Below, in pieces: positions 42,915 to 56,271 of a stretch of 64,000 bases of DNA; position 1 is the first letter of the stretch, and each line of letters starts with the position of its first letter. The notes below the pieces were generated by a model. It did not search any database, was not told the origin of the DNA, and saw only the letters and a program-made list of their open reading frames with translations. The stretch lies in assembly GCA_000320545.1 (NCBI GenBank), contig ADNK01000495.1:1-64000 (forward strand). Reading direction: 5' to 3'. The DNA comes from Bigelowiella natans CCMP2755. Taxonomy: Eukaryota > Protista > Cercozoa. The position numbers were made by a program, and so were the translations under genes.

Positions 42915-43349
42915 TACGTTCACAAGCCCGGTCCTTCTGTATGGTGTCTTAAGATGAAAACGATATGTATTTTATCCTTGGCGACATCATGCCAATTTTC
43001 CATGGATGAATTACATAGATCTGTCGTAGGAAGTATTACCCATTAATTTCCTGTCTGCGACAACCTTGAGGTTTGCTGGGCTGGAGAGAAATAAATTCTG
43101 TTGAAAAATTATCAGAATGGACTTTGAATTTTTAACTTCAAATTCTTGAACATTGCACATCATAAATTTATTTTTTGGGCAGGAAAATTCGTAGAGTCGA
43201 CAGATGTTTTGCTTTGCGACTTGCATTTTAACCCAGAATTTGGAGGAAACGTTTCTTCGAAAAATATCCCGGTTTTCCCGGAAACTCCCCGAACATTTCA
43301 AATTTTTGAATGGGGGACGGCTGCACTGGAGAGCTTGTTGAACGTAGGG

Positions 43350-44802
43350 ATGCCACTGGCAGCTAATAGGCGTGGGTTTCAGAGTGTGCTATGGGTGCTA
43401 CTTCAGTTGCTCAGTGCAGTCATGGTCTGCGAGAACGAAAATTGAAATTGTTCTGACGGAAACAGGGTCATTATTATTAATATTATCATCTTTCCTTTCA
43501 GGGAACACAAAGTAGTTTGAAAGTACATGTCACAGCGCAAGTCATCCAGAACTCTGTTAACTTGGACACTAGAGGAAGCAATCTATTCCAAACAGGTAAT
43601 TTTCCTTTTTTGAGCAAACAATTCTTACATATTAACCACATTCTTCAATGAAAAGGGGGGAGGTTACACCGAAAGGCCCATGAAGGTATCGATCCAGAAG
43701 CTCTACCAGAAGGTCACTGAGAAATATGAAATATATTTAGCCTTCAAATTATTTTATGCCAGATAACGACTAATCAATCAGAGGGGAAAATTGAGGTGAA
43801 AAGGGACAGAGAAGAGCTGGGAAACGTGGATGAACAGTTGCAAAATTCCGTTCAAATCAAGGAGTTTGATGATGCAACGGATAGAATCTTCGGAGAGCAG
43901 GCAATCAGGGAACCCTTAAAACCGTCAAAGATATCAAACGGTATCGAATCTAAGATATTATTTACTGTCGGCATCATATATTTTATTATCTATTCACCAC
44001 CGAAATGCGAAACTTCAATCCGGTAGTCTAAATATACAATTGAATCATTGCTCTTCCTGCGGTAACGTATTCAGAACTATGCCGAGAACTAGACCCCAAA
44101 AAATGTGCACCGGTTGCAGAAGTTTCAGAGGAAACTAAAGTAGAAACTCTGAAAGAAGAGGTATAATTATTTGCAGCGAGTCGTTCTCCCAATGTGATGC
44201 CGGGCCAGCAATTGTTGATCTAATGTAGCCTGCAAAACTCTCCTGCACCCGCTTAAAATTGCTCATGTACCTAAGGTCGAGGCTGGCGACACGGCAGATA
44301 TGACGAAATCTGCAGAAGAAACATCGGTCATGCAAGATTTCCTCACAAGTTGCTGATAGTCACCCCAACGGAAACTCATGATTCGAACTCGTGATTTACT
44401 CAAAACCAAAGAAGACCTATCATCTTTAGCAGAATTTAAGAGATGATGTGGATATTACTATGAAATTATAATATTACTTACAAAAAGAATATCACTCACC
44501 ATCATTATTACCATCATCATCATCACCACCACCAACAACAACAACAACAACAACACCTTTGCCTGTGCTGTCGTGTCTTAATGAATACTTTCTGGACTAC
44601 CCCATCAGACTACATCAACGGAGTTGCATATTCCAACTGTCAAGAAAGTCAATGTAAGAACAGCAGCAACAAAATAATATGCCTTCTCTCAATATCAGAG
44701 AAGCATGTAGATTCTTGTGAAATTAATAATTCGACACACAACAGATCCCTCCTCAAGACTGGGCAACAATGGTAGTACACAATAAGTGGTATACATTATG
44801 CA

Positions 44803-44879
<77 letters not shown>

Positions 44880-45685
44880 TTAGAATGATAGCTTTTCAAG
44901 CAATCTAAAATATTCATGTTTAGATAGTGGCCCCAAGGACGTCGCAGAGCAAATACTCATGTTATGATCTCTACGTGAATGTGTACTCCCCGAATTGGTT
45001 CATGAACTGCCACTCCCCTGATCAGATACCAACTGAGGACGATGAGATGAACAAGTTTATTCAATCACAGAAGGAGCTCGAAACTGCACGAAAAACAAGG
45101 TGAATCAAATAAACCGGGGTGGACGTCCTTGCTTGGAAGTGTCCACATACGCTTTTTACGGAAAATCATTTCTATGTAGGTATTTGACAGATGGATATAC
45201 AAAGTCGGTCCTTCCAGTTGTTGCTCATGTGTAAGTGCCCTTATCTCCTCTACTTTCTCGATATATATTTTCCTCCTCTGTCCTGATCGTAAAATACTGC
45301 TACTACTGCCTGATGTGTGGTGCAAACGAACACGATAAGACATAAAGGTTTATATGTTCCTGTTTAGGTTGAACCAGACCGTGATTCGCCGGAAGAAAAT
45401 CGAGAACATTCTCAACGTAGTAGCAGCAGTAGTAGTAGTGTGGTGGTACTTGTGGTAGTGCCAGTGTGACGTGTTTGAAAATCGGACTGTCTATAATAGC
45501 AACAGAACCTAACTGCTGCCCTTGAGAAGAACCATGCAACTTTCTTAGCTTACATCCTACGAATTACCCGTTAGACACTCGAAAGAGACAAAGTCCGAGA
45601 AGACGATAATCGGAAAAAGTTTGAGGTAAACATATCGTACGTGATAAAAAGGAACACCTGCTACTTTGCTCCGTTATTCATTCCT

Positions 45686-45730
<45 letters not shown>

Positions 45731-45869
45731 ATCTCTTTCTCTCGGCCTCCCTCCCTCTATTACAAATATCTCAGGAGGAACAGAAACAGGAACAAATAAA
45801 TGATGACGAGATCTTGGCTCAGGTCTGCCACTCAGCAACTTTCTACCACGAGCATAAAACTGAAAGACA

Positions 45870-45912
<43 letters not shown>

Positions 45913-46497
45913 ATTATTTGTCACATATAGTAGTAGTGGTTGTAGTAGTCGTAGTACCAGATAGAAAGCAAATATCCTCTCTAAATATCGATGTAGCTGA
46001 AGGGAGGAATTGGTGGAGGAGGAGGGGAGAATGAAGCGAAAGGAAAAAAAGAAATCTAAATCAATAGTGGTGTCTGATACCAATTTTATACCCTTCTTCT
46101 ACAGTTGAAAAACCTCCATAATGCAACGAATTCGATGACCTATGTGAGTTTAGATTCTCCTCTCTAATCACTTGGATCCCTGTTGTTCTTCCAATATGTA
46201 TATCCAAACGTGTTTTTTGTCTACGAGTATATTTATTTTGCATCTTTGTTTCTCCACGTTTACATACCAGAACATGGACATACTGATGAAGTTATCAACT
46301 AAGGTACATTGAGAAGTATATTGTTCGGAGTGAAATCCTGTTGTGAAAAGCACTGAAACATAGTAAACACCGACAGCAACATGTTCATTTTACAGCCAGT
46401 AGTTTGCGACCGCATCCGGGAATTGCTGGTCATGTACAAAGAGCTTCGCCGAAAGACTGAACCCAGGTGAGATGCCGAAGCGCGCCATATTTGCGCT

Positions 46498-46531
<34 letters not shown>

Positions 46532-46699
46532 GTCCATCATCATCATGTCATTCAGGATTATGTTATCGAGTTGCGAAGGGTTGCCTACAGCTATGAGATC
46601 AACAATGGCTGCCACTATCTCGACCCCTCCCTGCCATCCCATTCAGCTATGCGAAGAGAGCACGCCCTTGTGTCCTGCATTTTGTGTCCAGAATGTTAG
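43350..46699 (+). CDS. Multi-exon hypothetical protein with a signal peptide
   Basis: MPLAANRRGFQSVLWVLLQLLSAVM|GTQSSLKV.. and a series of GT-AG-flanked coding-like exons; no recognisable domain; the end is approximate. Confidence 0.55.
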
Positions 46700-46879
46700 G
46701 GAGACGTGGAGCAAAATAGCAGTGGAAGGCCCTAGATTTAAAGTCTCGAAATCAAGTGACATGTCGACGACAGGGTCATCAATGGGTATCATGAGATCAG
46801 CTGAGGACTCTCTCCACTATTTTCACGGTCTAAACATCATCCCTAAAGATATAAATTTGAACAAAATTGTGAAGAAAAT

Positions 46880-46922
<43 letters not shown>

Positions 46923-46929
46923 GCCTCCA

Positions 46930-48030
46930 GCTCTGCGAATGAGTGAACTAGTCACCTAATTGTGCAAAATTGGCGTTGTTGTGTGGACACCAGACCTAAA
47001 CCCGTTGAGAGTAGCACATCTTCCCGCGCTAGTGACGGGCCTATCTCCAAAGTGCACGACTTGTTGCATCGTCGGTACCTGACATAATTGAACAACTACG
47101 AACAATGCATAATGCTTCCACAACAAACGAAAAAGCAACCTGCATTACGATCCGAACAACGCGCCTATGTACAAGCAGTAGTCCACAGTGGTCATCGGTG
47201 AACACATCATTGTTGGCATTCGATATCTTCGTTCGATCATCATTAACCAAAGCCCACAATGAGCAAATGCCACAGAAACAACGCTGGCTACGTCCATTCC
47301 GCGTCTCAACACATGCGACGAGCATGAGCAACGACTACATGTGCACACGTGGCTTGTTGCGCATGTCTTGTTAGTCTGCTACGCTAGCCTAGCTACAAGC
47401 TAGATGTGCCAGTCTAGCAGTCTAGCAGTGGTCATCGCGATCAGCGCTCTGAAGAGAAAAGAAATGTGGTGAACACATGAAGCTCGTGCAAAGAACAGCA
47501 GGTGCGATCACATCGGTGCATTGCTTCACTTGCATGGAGCAATTGGTGCACGTACGTGCATGTTGAACAAAGTGCGCAAAGGTACATTGAGATGTCGTCA
47601 TCAAGCAGCTAGCTATAGGGCGCACATTGAGAGGTCAATGAGTGACACACGCACATCGTAGACAAGCATGTGCACATGACACTGTGCGTGTCTCTAAACC
47701 CTGCACATGGGTGGCATGCGGCATGTGAATCAAACGTGCACACCTTGTAGCTAGCACGGCTAGACGTATGCGGGCCATTTTGCCCAGTTTGCGTGCGCAG
47801 CCATGCTAGCATGCATGTGCATGGCCACTGCTGTTGTGCATTGTTCATTTCACTTCCTAGACATCGCACCTGCCTGCGAGTCTTCTATACTTCTTGTATC
47901 TCGCATATCTCATTCATTTTTATTCATTCCACCGAATAAGTGCGTGCGTTACGTGGCACACAGTGCTCAGCGCGTTGCACAAAAACTTGCACGCCGACTA
48001 CCTATGTCATGCTAGCATGCTCATCAAAAC
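46930..48030. repeat. TG/CA/CTAG-rich intergenic block
   Basis: Dense TGCA, CATG and GCTAGC; surviving TA mostly in CTA/TAG context. Confidence 0.65.
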
Positions 48031-48392
48031 ATCCATGAGGTAGAATAATGTCTTCGTACACTACATCGAAGAACCGATGATGTGGTATGTATTTGGGTAA
48101 CAGGTGATAACATACGTAAACCAAGTCGATACAAAAATCGATGATAAAAAAAAACCATGAACCTGCAACTGCACATTGATAAAAAATAAATTGCATTTTA
48201 ATCCCTATTTTTTCCAGCATAAATTTTCGACAAAAATTTAAACAGGGTAATCAAACTAAACCACCACTAATGTCCTCTTTTAATTTTGGTTTATAAGTAC
48301 ATTATCTGAAATCATCTTTCGAAATCTTTATTGCGACAGGAATCTATACATCTATACCATCCCTATACGACCTTACAAACTAAAATTATCAG

Positions 48393-49721
48393 CTAATCTA
48401 GTATCGCGAAGTCTTTCACTCGGTGCTGGCAAATACTGTCTTCAAATCTGTACAACAAAATTAGTAGCTTCCATTCACATATGCAGAAAGGGAATCCATT
48501 TCTGCAGAATGATCCTCAGCCTAAGCGAATGTATTAGAGCAGAACTGAGAACGCCATCAGAGCAATAAATAATCGTCATTTTCAGCATCGGGTGCTTTTT
48601 ATACCAACTGAGCGACAGCGTCCCGTACCGATACAAAACCGATCAGTTTTCCATCATCCATTACAGGCGCTAAGGTGGGAACATCATGCGAAGATGTTAC
48701 ATCCTACTATGCTCCAGATGTATTATATATGGTTAAAAAACCTGCTCGAATATTTTTCTCGATGAAGATCTTCGTCACTTCCCAAACGCTGTTGCTTGCG
48801 CATACCTGATACAATCCAACACATTCTATCAGCACAAAAATATACTTGATTTATTGTGGTCAATCCCTGAAATATTTCATATTCAATCATTAGAGGATTT
48901 GGTATCCAGAGAACCGTGATGAGTTTGTCCCTCGGAGTCATGAAATGTTTCGCCTCAAGAGCTGTAAGCATCCGAAAATTAGAGCTTAACATTATTTTAC
49001 AGGAGGACTAGCCTTACTGCTCATATCCATCTCCGAGTTCAAAGCCTTCATCACAATGTCTTTCTCCTAATTGCACAAGGGATCAAGTCAAACATCTTTT
49101 GGATTATATTACATATTCCTCCCTTCTTCAATTTTCTCCACTATGTACGATTCATGGCTGTACCGTTACAATTCCCTGGATATCAGAAAGATCTTTCGCA
49201 GAACTAGTTACGACAACCCATCCAACGCTGGAGTTGCTCATTGCCTAATTTGAAGTCGCGATCGTTATTGCGGGCAAGGTGAATTCATACGAGTAGTATT
49301 GCATCCGTATAAGACCTTTATGATATCAGACGCAGAAGTTTCCACCTGACAAGTTGGCCATCCACCTAAGATAAAATGATTTTCTCTTACAGTAAATCTT
49401 TGTCAATCTAAATTGTACACACTTTCATCGATAATTTCACGAACAAGGCTCGAAGTTCCAGGCTCCCCATACGCTTGAAGAAATTCCTCGCGTGAAATTA
49501 CCCCGTCCTAATAGAACATCAATATTCCAAGCTGTCCCTCGAAGATTAGTGATCTGCTATAATGCTACCTTGTTCACGTCCACACGATCAAAAACTTCAT
49601 CCATACGCTTTCTTCGAGCCTCCGTGCTGAAAGCACGGTTTTGGCTTGGTGGTAAAGAGAAAACTCGAGCACAAGAAACCCGTGAAACTCTCGAAGCATT
49701 AAGGAGAACTTTTCGAAACAT
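48393..49721 (-). CDS. EF-hand + CBS-pair protein with a mitochondrial-type presequence
   Basis: MFRKVLLNASRVSRVSCARVFS..; EVFDRVDVNK|DGVISREEF; CBS-like segments IQGIVT, AKHFMTPRDKLITV, PVMDDGKLIGFVSVRDAV; last-exon frame uncertain. Confidence 0.7.
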
Positions 49722-50691
49722 CGTGTTGGTTCCTCGATTCTTCGATTCTACGGATCAAACTGTTTTAGGCAGAACCAAGTTCAAGACAAGTCAGCGTGGG
49801 GTGATTATGAGAATGGAAGATGCTAAATAGCTTCCTCACTAGCGGTGTGCCTTGAATAATAGCGACGGTGGCTGGCCTATTTTGATTCAAATCAACATGA
49901 TGAACGAGGTGTAGTTTTCAGCCAAATCCGCATTTGAAGATGAATCCTGTCAAAATTGGCTTGGGATGAGCGGCAACCCTCCCTTCGATTTGTGCATCGC
50001 ACCATCACTCAAACAAAATCAACATGTTTGCAGGAAGATATAAATTTGTTTCTATTACCTCTTTCTTTGGAAGAAATGCACAATTTGGCATGCCATTTTG
50101 GTTATGTGTATCAGGATCGAGCTTCAAATCTGGGGAAAATATGTCGATGATCGCGTGATAAGTAAAGTGGCAATGCGCGGGGGTGGTACTTTTTTCCGAT
50201 AAATCAAGATTTGGGGTATGCGAATAGTAAAAATTAGGTGATTTTACCTTCAGAAGTACCCAATTGGAAAAGAACTAAGAGCTGTGGTTTTGATGAGCGT
50301 GGTTGTTAGAAGAGATGGGTTGTCAATTGGCAACACGTCATTGGCAGGAGGAAAATCTCTCCTAGAACCAGCGACGACAGCTTCCAAGAAATCCTGAAAT
50401 CCATCATTACCGGTACTGCAGTTTGATGGGTTTGATTACTACTAAAAAATAGGAAGCAAATTAAGCCGACTTCTTCGTGTCATAGGTACATGTATCAAGA
50501 TCGCGGAAAAACACCTCAATTTCTCCATGCTGCAAGGTACTTTATTTCTTCGTCATGTTCGAAGTCGCTTTGGACAAACGAGGCGATCCTTTTAAATTGA
50601 GGAATGCCGAGAAGGTTAAAGATATTAGCAGATGAATCTCCTTCTATTTATTATCTGCGACAACATTCTTCGAGGAGCACACAAATCAAAA

Positions 50692-51872
50692 ATGGCTTCC
50701 GAATCTTCCACCGTGAAGTAGGAATGAAACAAAATACGATTTTACTTTGTAAAGCTCAAAGAAAATAGGGGTTTGATATTCAACGGGTTTGATAATAGAT
50801 TCGGAAGCATCTATCAAGCGAGAATTTGTGGGATATGTAGTCATTTCGCCAATTTCTTCAGGGTCAAATTTGTAATTGCGATTGACGAGAATAAGAAAGA
50901 AGATGTGGTTCTCGAGGTCCATCCAGAATGGGCGGTAAGTCATGAAAATTATGGTTCCTGTGTCTGTCATGGATAATTTAATTTTCCTTCCAGCCAATCG
51001 GAGCCAAAAGATTTCTCGACCTAGTAGAGGTAATGCCCTCGTATGCAACAAGAATATCGTTTGAATATATTCTACACGTAGGACAAGTTTTTCGTTGACT
51101 GCCGGTTTCATCGAGTGATTCCTGACTTCATATGCCAGGTTTATGATTATTCAGACCCTCTCAAAATTGCATCAATTTTTGAACCACTATCTCATCCCTA
51201 TCAGAATTTTTATCACCATCACCATCATTATCATCGTGACTATTTTATTATTTAGTTTGGTATCGCTGGAGATGTCCAGCATTACAACAAGTGGGCAAAA
51301 ATTAAGCTGAAGGATGATCCGGTATGAAATTGACAAGTAGCACGAACTTCTTAGTCACACGATTATTTCATTAGGTAAAAGTATCTAATAGTAAAGGTAC
51401 CATGTCGTTTGCCACGTCGGGACCAAATGCTCGTAGTACGCAGGTGATGATGAGCAAACTTTGCAGAACCTGATTTGATCTCTACAGAATATTAGTGATC
51501 TCATTTCTGAAATTGGCTGCAATTGCATCTAGTTATTCATCAATTTCGGCGATAACAAATCATTGGACAACCAGGTAATTTTTTATAGTTAGTTGCATTA
51601 AACCAAAATATATGAGTTGCCTCAATTTCATCAGGGATTTTCACCCATTGCTGAAGTGGTAAAAGGTATGGATATCGTGGAAAAGGTCTACGCAGGTAAT
51701 CACTGAGGACTCCCGATTCCACTCAGGCACTGAAACTATGCAATATTCAGGATATAACAGTGCGGATACAAAGCCAAATCAGGGATACATCAAGCAATTC
51801 GGAAATGCGTATCTGTCGAAAAACTTCCCTAAGCTGAGTTACATTGTGAGTGCAGAGCTTCTCAAGGAATAA
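50692..51872 (+). CDS. Cyclophilin-type peptidyl-prolyl isomerase
   Basis: VHPEWA|[22 protein letters not shown]|[26 protein letters not shown]|[29 protein letters not shown]. Confidence 0.9.
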
Positions 51873-52059
51873 TACTGAAATAGCTTTCGACAAAGGCTCT
51901 CGGGCGGTCCATCACATACAACATCATAACCAAGTCAGATGCATCAAACGTTGAAGCACAATTAATAACTATCGTTATTCAAGCGATAATTCCCGGGTGA
52001 ATTCACGCATTTCAGCCAAATTGTAATTCGCATCGTAGATCAGATGTCACCAAAACAGG

Positions 52060-52910
52060 CTATTTTTTCATCGATTTCTTTGCATGTATGCAAATATGCG
52101 ACATAGCTGCACTTCGCACATAATCGGCGCGTGCACACACCCGCAAATGATGCCGGTCGACTGAGCATTCCATATGCGTTGTCGCTAAGTTTGCCGGCCA
52201 TTTTAGCATTTCTAAATTGTTATGACATGTCTTGAGTACTGTGCGCATCCGATACATGTTAGCATGCTAGCACTATATTATATAATAAACTAGAGCATAG
52301 CGTTTACTACTGCTATCTAGCTATATGTACATCATCTGCTACTACAACGCTAGTACGTACTACCAGCTAGATGAAATGCAATGCGCGCGCAGCCACATTA
52401 AGAACCTACTAACAGCAGTCAACTTGAGTGCTCTAGTGCTCATTTAGCTGCAAAGCCACATTTGGCTACTAGTTGAGGCTAGCCGGCACTTCTACACGTG
52501 CAGCAACTGCACCTACATGTAATGTGCACTCTAGCTTGCTAGTACTAGTTAGAGAATGATCTGTTCTAGTCTGTAGTGCTAGCTAGCTGCATGACTAGAT
52601 GAGCTTGTGATGCGCTGCATGCAGAAGTGCAGACTGGCTTGTAAGCGTTTTGATCGTCTCCACAAACAGGTACACAAGCTAGTATACTAGCAAGCTAAGA
52701 CACACTAGCACAGCTAGACAGTGCGTGCTAATGGCCCGTGATTTTTATTCACCACATCACGACGGCATCAGCACCTACAGGAGCACAGTTGTACGTCTAG
52801 ACGTGTTGCCGCATGCGCACACGCATCGCATCCCCCCTTCCAGCTACGCATTGGTGGCATGCTCAGCGTGTGTGCATGCACTACTTTCATATTTGGCTAG
52901 AAGGCATGAA
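52060..52910. repeat. CTAG-rich intergenic block
   Basis: About 19 CTAG in 52261-52720 (manual count). Confidence 0.7.
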
Positions 52911-52995
52911 ATACTTTAAATTTAGTATTTCCTGACTTTAGATATTACAGGATTTCCTATTATCATTTACAATTTCCATTTTGAATTTATTACAC

Positions 52996-55143
52996 TTAGG
53001 CGGGTATGATGTAGCTCCTTTGGAATCCTGCGTGCGGAACGTTTATCATTTGTGGTTGAAGTGAAGATTTTTTCGTTCCATTTGCCACGCGTGCTGATTC
53101 TACCCTGTTCGGCGCTGATTGATGACTAGGTTGCTTCATTTTTTTCGGAAGCTGGACCTGTTGATGTTGAAGAAACCAGTGACCATTGTGCTGTGCAACT
53201 GCCGCTGCTGCTGCTGCTGCTGCCCTGGCTGAAGCAACTTGAGCAGTAGCAACTTTGACCGCGGGCCTTGATTTAGAGTTCCTGTTTACTCTAGGTTTTG
53301 CTGACTGTTTAACTCGATCTTTCAGTGGAGACTGTGAATACGGCTGCTTTGTAGGCTTACTGTTCTTCAATTTGGATTTTTGCATTTTAATTTGTTTTTG
53401 AGTTGTTTTCTTTGGCTTTGATATTCTACTTTTAGCCGACTTTGCATTTTTTGGTGCAGTCTTGGTTTGTCTCCTTGCTTGTTTCACGGGTTTCTTCTGC
53501 TCAAATTTTTGTTTCTTCTGCTTATGAGTAGATTTATTTCCATTACGGTTTTTGGTCTTTTGGTATTGCGTTTGGTGAAGGTTGCGTTGGTGCCCATTGA
53601 CAGGTCTTTGCTTAAATTTAAGAGTATCAGTACCGGCAAGATTTCGTTTCTGAAGATTCATCTGTCTCAAAATGACTTTGTTCACAGCCTCTTCGGGGTT
53701 TTGGGTCTTTATGTCCAGCATATCCCCAAAAACAAGTCCACATGCTATAGATGTGGCCGGTGACATCGTTCGTGGATCGTAGAGGAACTTGGCCTTATTG
53801 CGCCTGCATGCTGCGCAGCAACACAGGCTTCTACATGCAGGACACAGCCACAAATTAATCTGAACAGAACTCGGCGGGTTCTCATTGTAGAACTTTTCCA
53901 GACACTGGTCGCAATACTTCTTCCGACAGATATGCTAACATATGAGAAGGGATAAAATAAATGATGATTCTAGGCAATTCAAACACTTTTAAAGAGTTTC
54001 CTACCCGTCTATCCTTTGACTTTTGGGGGGAACCTTGATTCGAGCAGATATATAGTTTATTAACTGCTCTCCGCGATTTGCACTGGTGGCATGAAGATCC
54101 CAATGCACTTCCAGTGGGTGTCTGTGTGTCTTGGGTACACTCTCCTCTGTAGATACCTCCATAATACTTAGTATTTCTTTGTCTATGTTCCTGCTTGTAT
54201 GATTGATGACCAATGCTTCTGTTGTATTCTCTTCGGCTCTGAGGCAAAGCCTTCATTCCGCGAACTACATTTTCTTTGGCTCGTAAAGGAGGCGTGACCT
54301 ATCAATTAGGGGGGGATTTCAGATTCCAGGAGAGCATCAATAGCATGGGAAAGATGATACCTGAGGCAGCATGAGGCTTTTACAGCTGTCAGTTTTTAGC
54401 TTCTTGTCAAAGGTGAAGTCTTCACGATCGCTCCTTTCTCTCTTCAGTCGACTCGTGGAGTAGCTGGGATCCCCTGTGATTATGTAAGCTATTTAAAAAA
54501 ACATATATATTAGAGCCCGTAATTTTTACTCACTTCTTGTCGTCATGTGTCTAAATAAGGAACCGATGTCCTCTGCTATTGTCCTCGGGTTTTTCTCGGT
54601 TATCATCCTGACGGAAGATTCAAGTTTCAAGATGACCTTTGCTGCATGTTGAAATACTACCTCAACGAGAGCTGGCCAGAGGATCTTTTTATTTCTGCCT
54701 CTGGGAGTAGAGGTTGCATTCCAATCTAAAATTGATTTCACATTGAATGAGTTAAACATGGCAGGAATAAATATCTGTTTAAAAAAACGATGTGATTGAC
54801 CGTATCTGTTGTTAAGACTTCCGGCAGAATTGGCGAAGTCATGCAAAACGTTGGAGTCACCATTGGTGTGCTTCCCCGAATCTAATGATCAAATATAAAT
54901 GATTGGGAGGTGGTAATCCAGACAGAATAGGGAATCTACCCGAGGAGGCTCTAATAAATCCTCTGGTTTGTTATCTTCTGTGTTCACATTGCCCTTCTTC
55001 GAAGTATTCTGAGAAAAAATTTGCTTAGGAGAACTTCTTAAGCAAAAGGTCTTAAATATTACATTTCTAGCATCTGGATCCGACGAAGATCGATCGAGTG
55101 ATCGAAAGTTTAGAGATCTTAAGGTTCCAAGTAAAGTTGACAT
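52996..55143 (-). CDS. zf-4CXXC_R1 zinc-finger protein with a K/Q-rich tail
   Basis: SSCHQCKSRR..YICSN..|ICRKKYCDQCLEKFYNE..WLCPACRSLCCCAACRR; start inferred. Confidence 0.8.
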
Positions 55144-56030
55144 TTTGCTATAATCCTTGCCAAAGCTTTCTTCTATGAAAAGTAATGTCTATTATGGGTG
55201 GAGAGAGCCTTTGAGCAAATTCCGGCCTAGGAAAAACCTCTTAAAACCCAGACGGTTCAGATCGGCATGGATCACTCTCAAGTTGAAGGGAGGGGAGCGT
55301 CTCTTCGTGGTGCTGAACCTACGTGATTTTCGACTTAAATCTTAAGACGTCCAACAGCTACACAAGTCCATTGATCTACATTATACGACAAACCATTTGT
55401 GTTGACGCAAATATCAAAATCAAAGGCGAAGACAAAAAGATCAAGAGTCCAAATCTATGGAAATCAGGATCAGGAAGATCACAGACTATTTTATCGGAAG
55501 ATTCTTCTACAAAAGCCCATTTTACACACAAACGGCCACGTGAAATATGTGAGATGCGTACCCAACTCTCTTCATATCTACCCCGAGAAGGCTCCGGTAA
55601 TTCTCCGATGGGTAAGACCCAGTCAGACTTTTTAGGTGAAAAAAACTAAAAAAGTAATTGTGAGACACTAAATCTGTGTACAAATCTCAAGACACCCCAG
55701 AAATTACCTTCCAATGTGTTACTCTTCCGACCAGCACACCTCGTACGTGTTGTTCGTGTTGCTCACAAGCTCTCTCGTGCAGACTTCCACAACGGCACAA
55801 CGGCCTGATCATCAAATAAGTTCAGACTTTTATTCTCTCATCATTCTGATTATTTATTGCACGATAATGATGATTTGATAACGCTCAATTTTTATTGTTG
55901 TTATTATTGTAAGAATATCGTCCCCAAACCTCTTTACACTATGGAATTAAACCAATGAAAATAGTCACATTAAACCACATAAAAGTTGGAATTCGATAGC
56001 TTCAACCAGCCGTCGCACATCATATTCCCG

Positions 56031-56225
56031 ATGGAAGACGAACCGTTCCTTAAGGTAAACACGCTTGCATGCTGCTTGAGCGCTTGCATGAAGCCTTTTT
56101 TTTTCCAGATAAAGGATGGTGCACCCCAAAAGAAAAAGAAAAAGTCCAAGCCGGGAAAGAAGCGCCGCGAGGCTATGAGAAAATGGAGAGAGTCTCAAGT
56201 TGAAACACCACATTCTCTGAGACGA

Positions 56226-56271
<46 letters not shown>

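Noticed and set aside
44370-44395. GAGTTCGAATC B-box-like motif (tRNA/SINE)
   Set aside because: No T-stem pairing or cloverleaf
52996-55143. CDCA7 ortholog
   Set aside because: The three diagnostic finger residues are substituted
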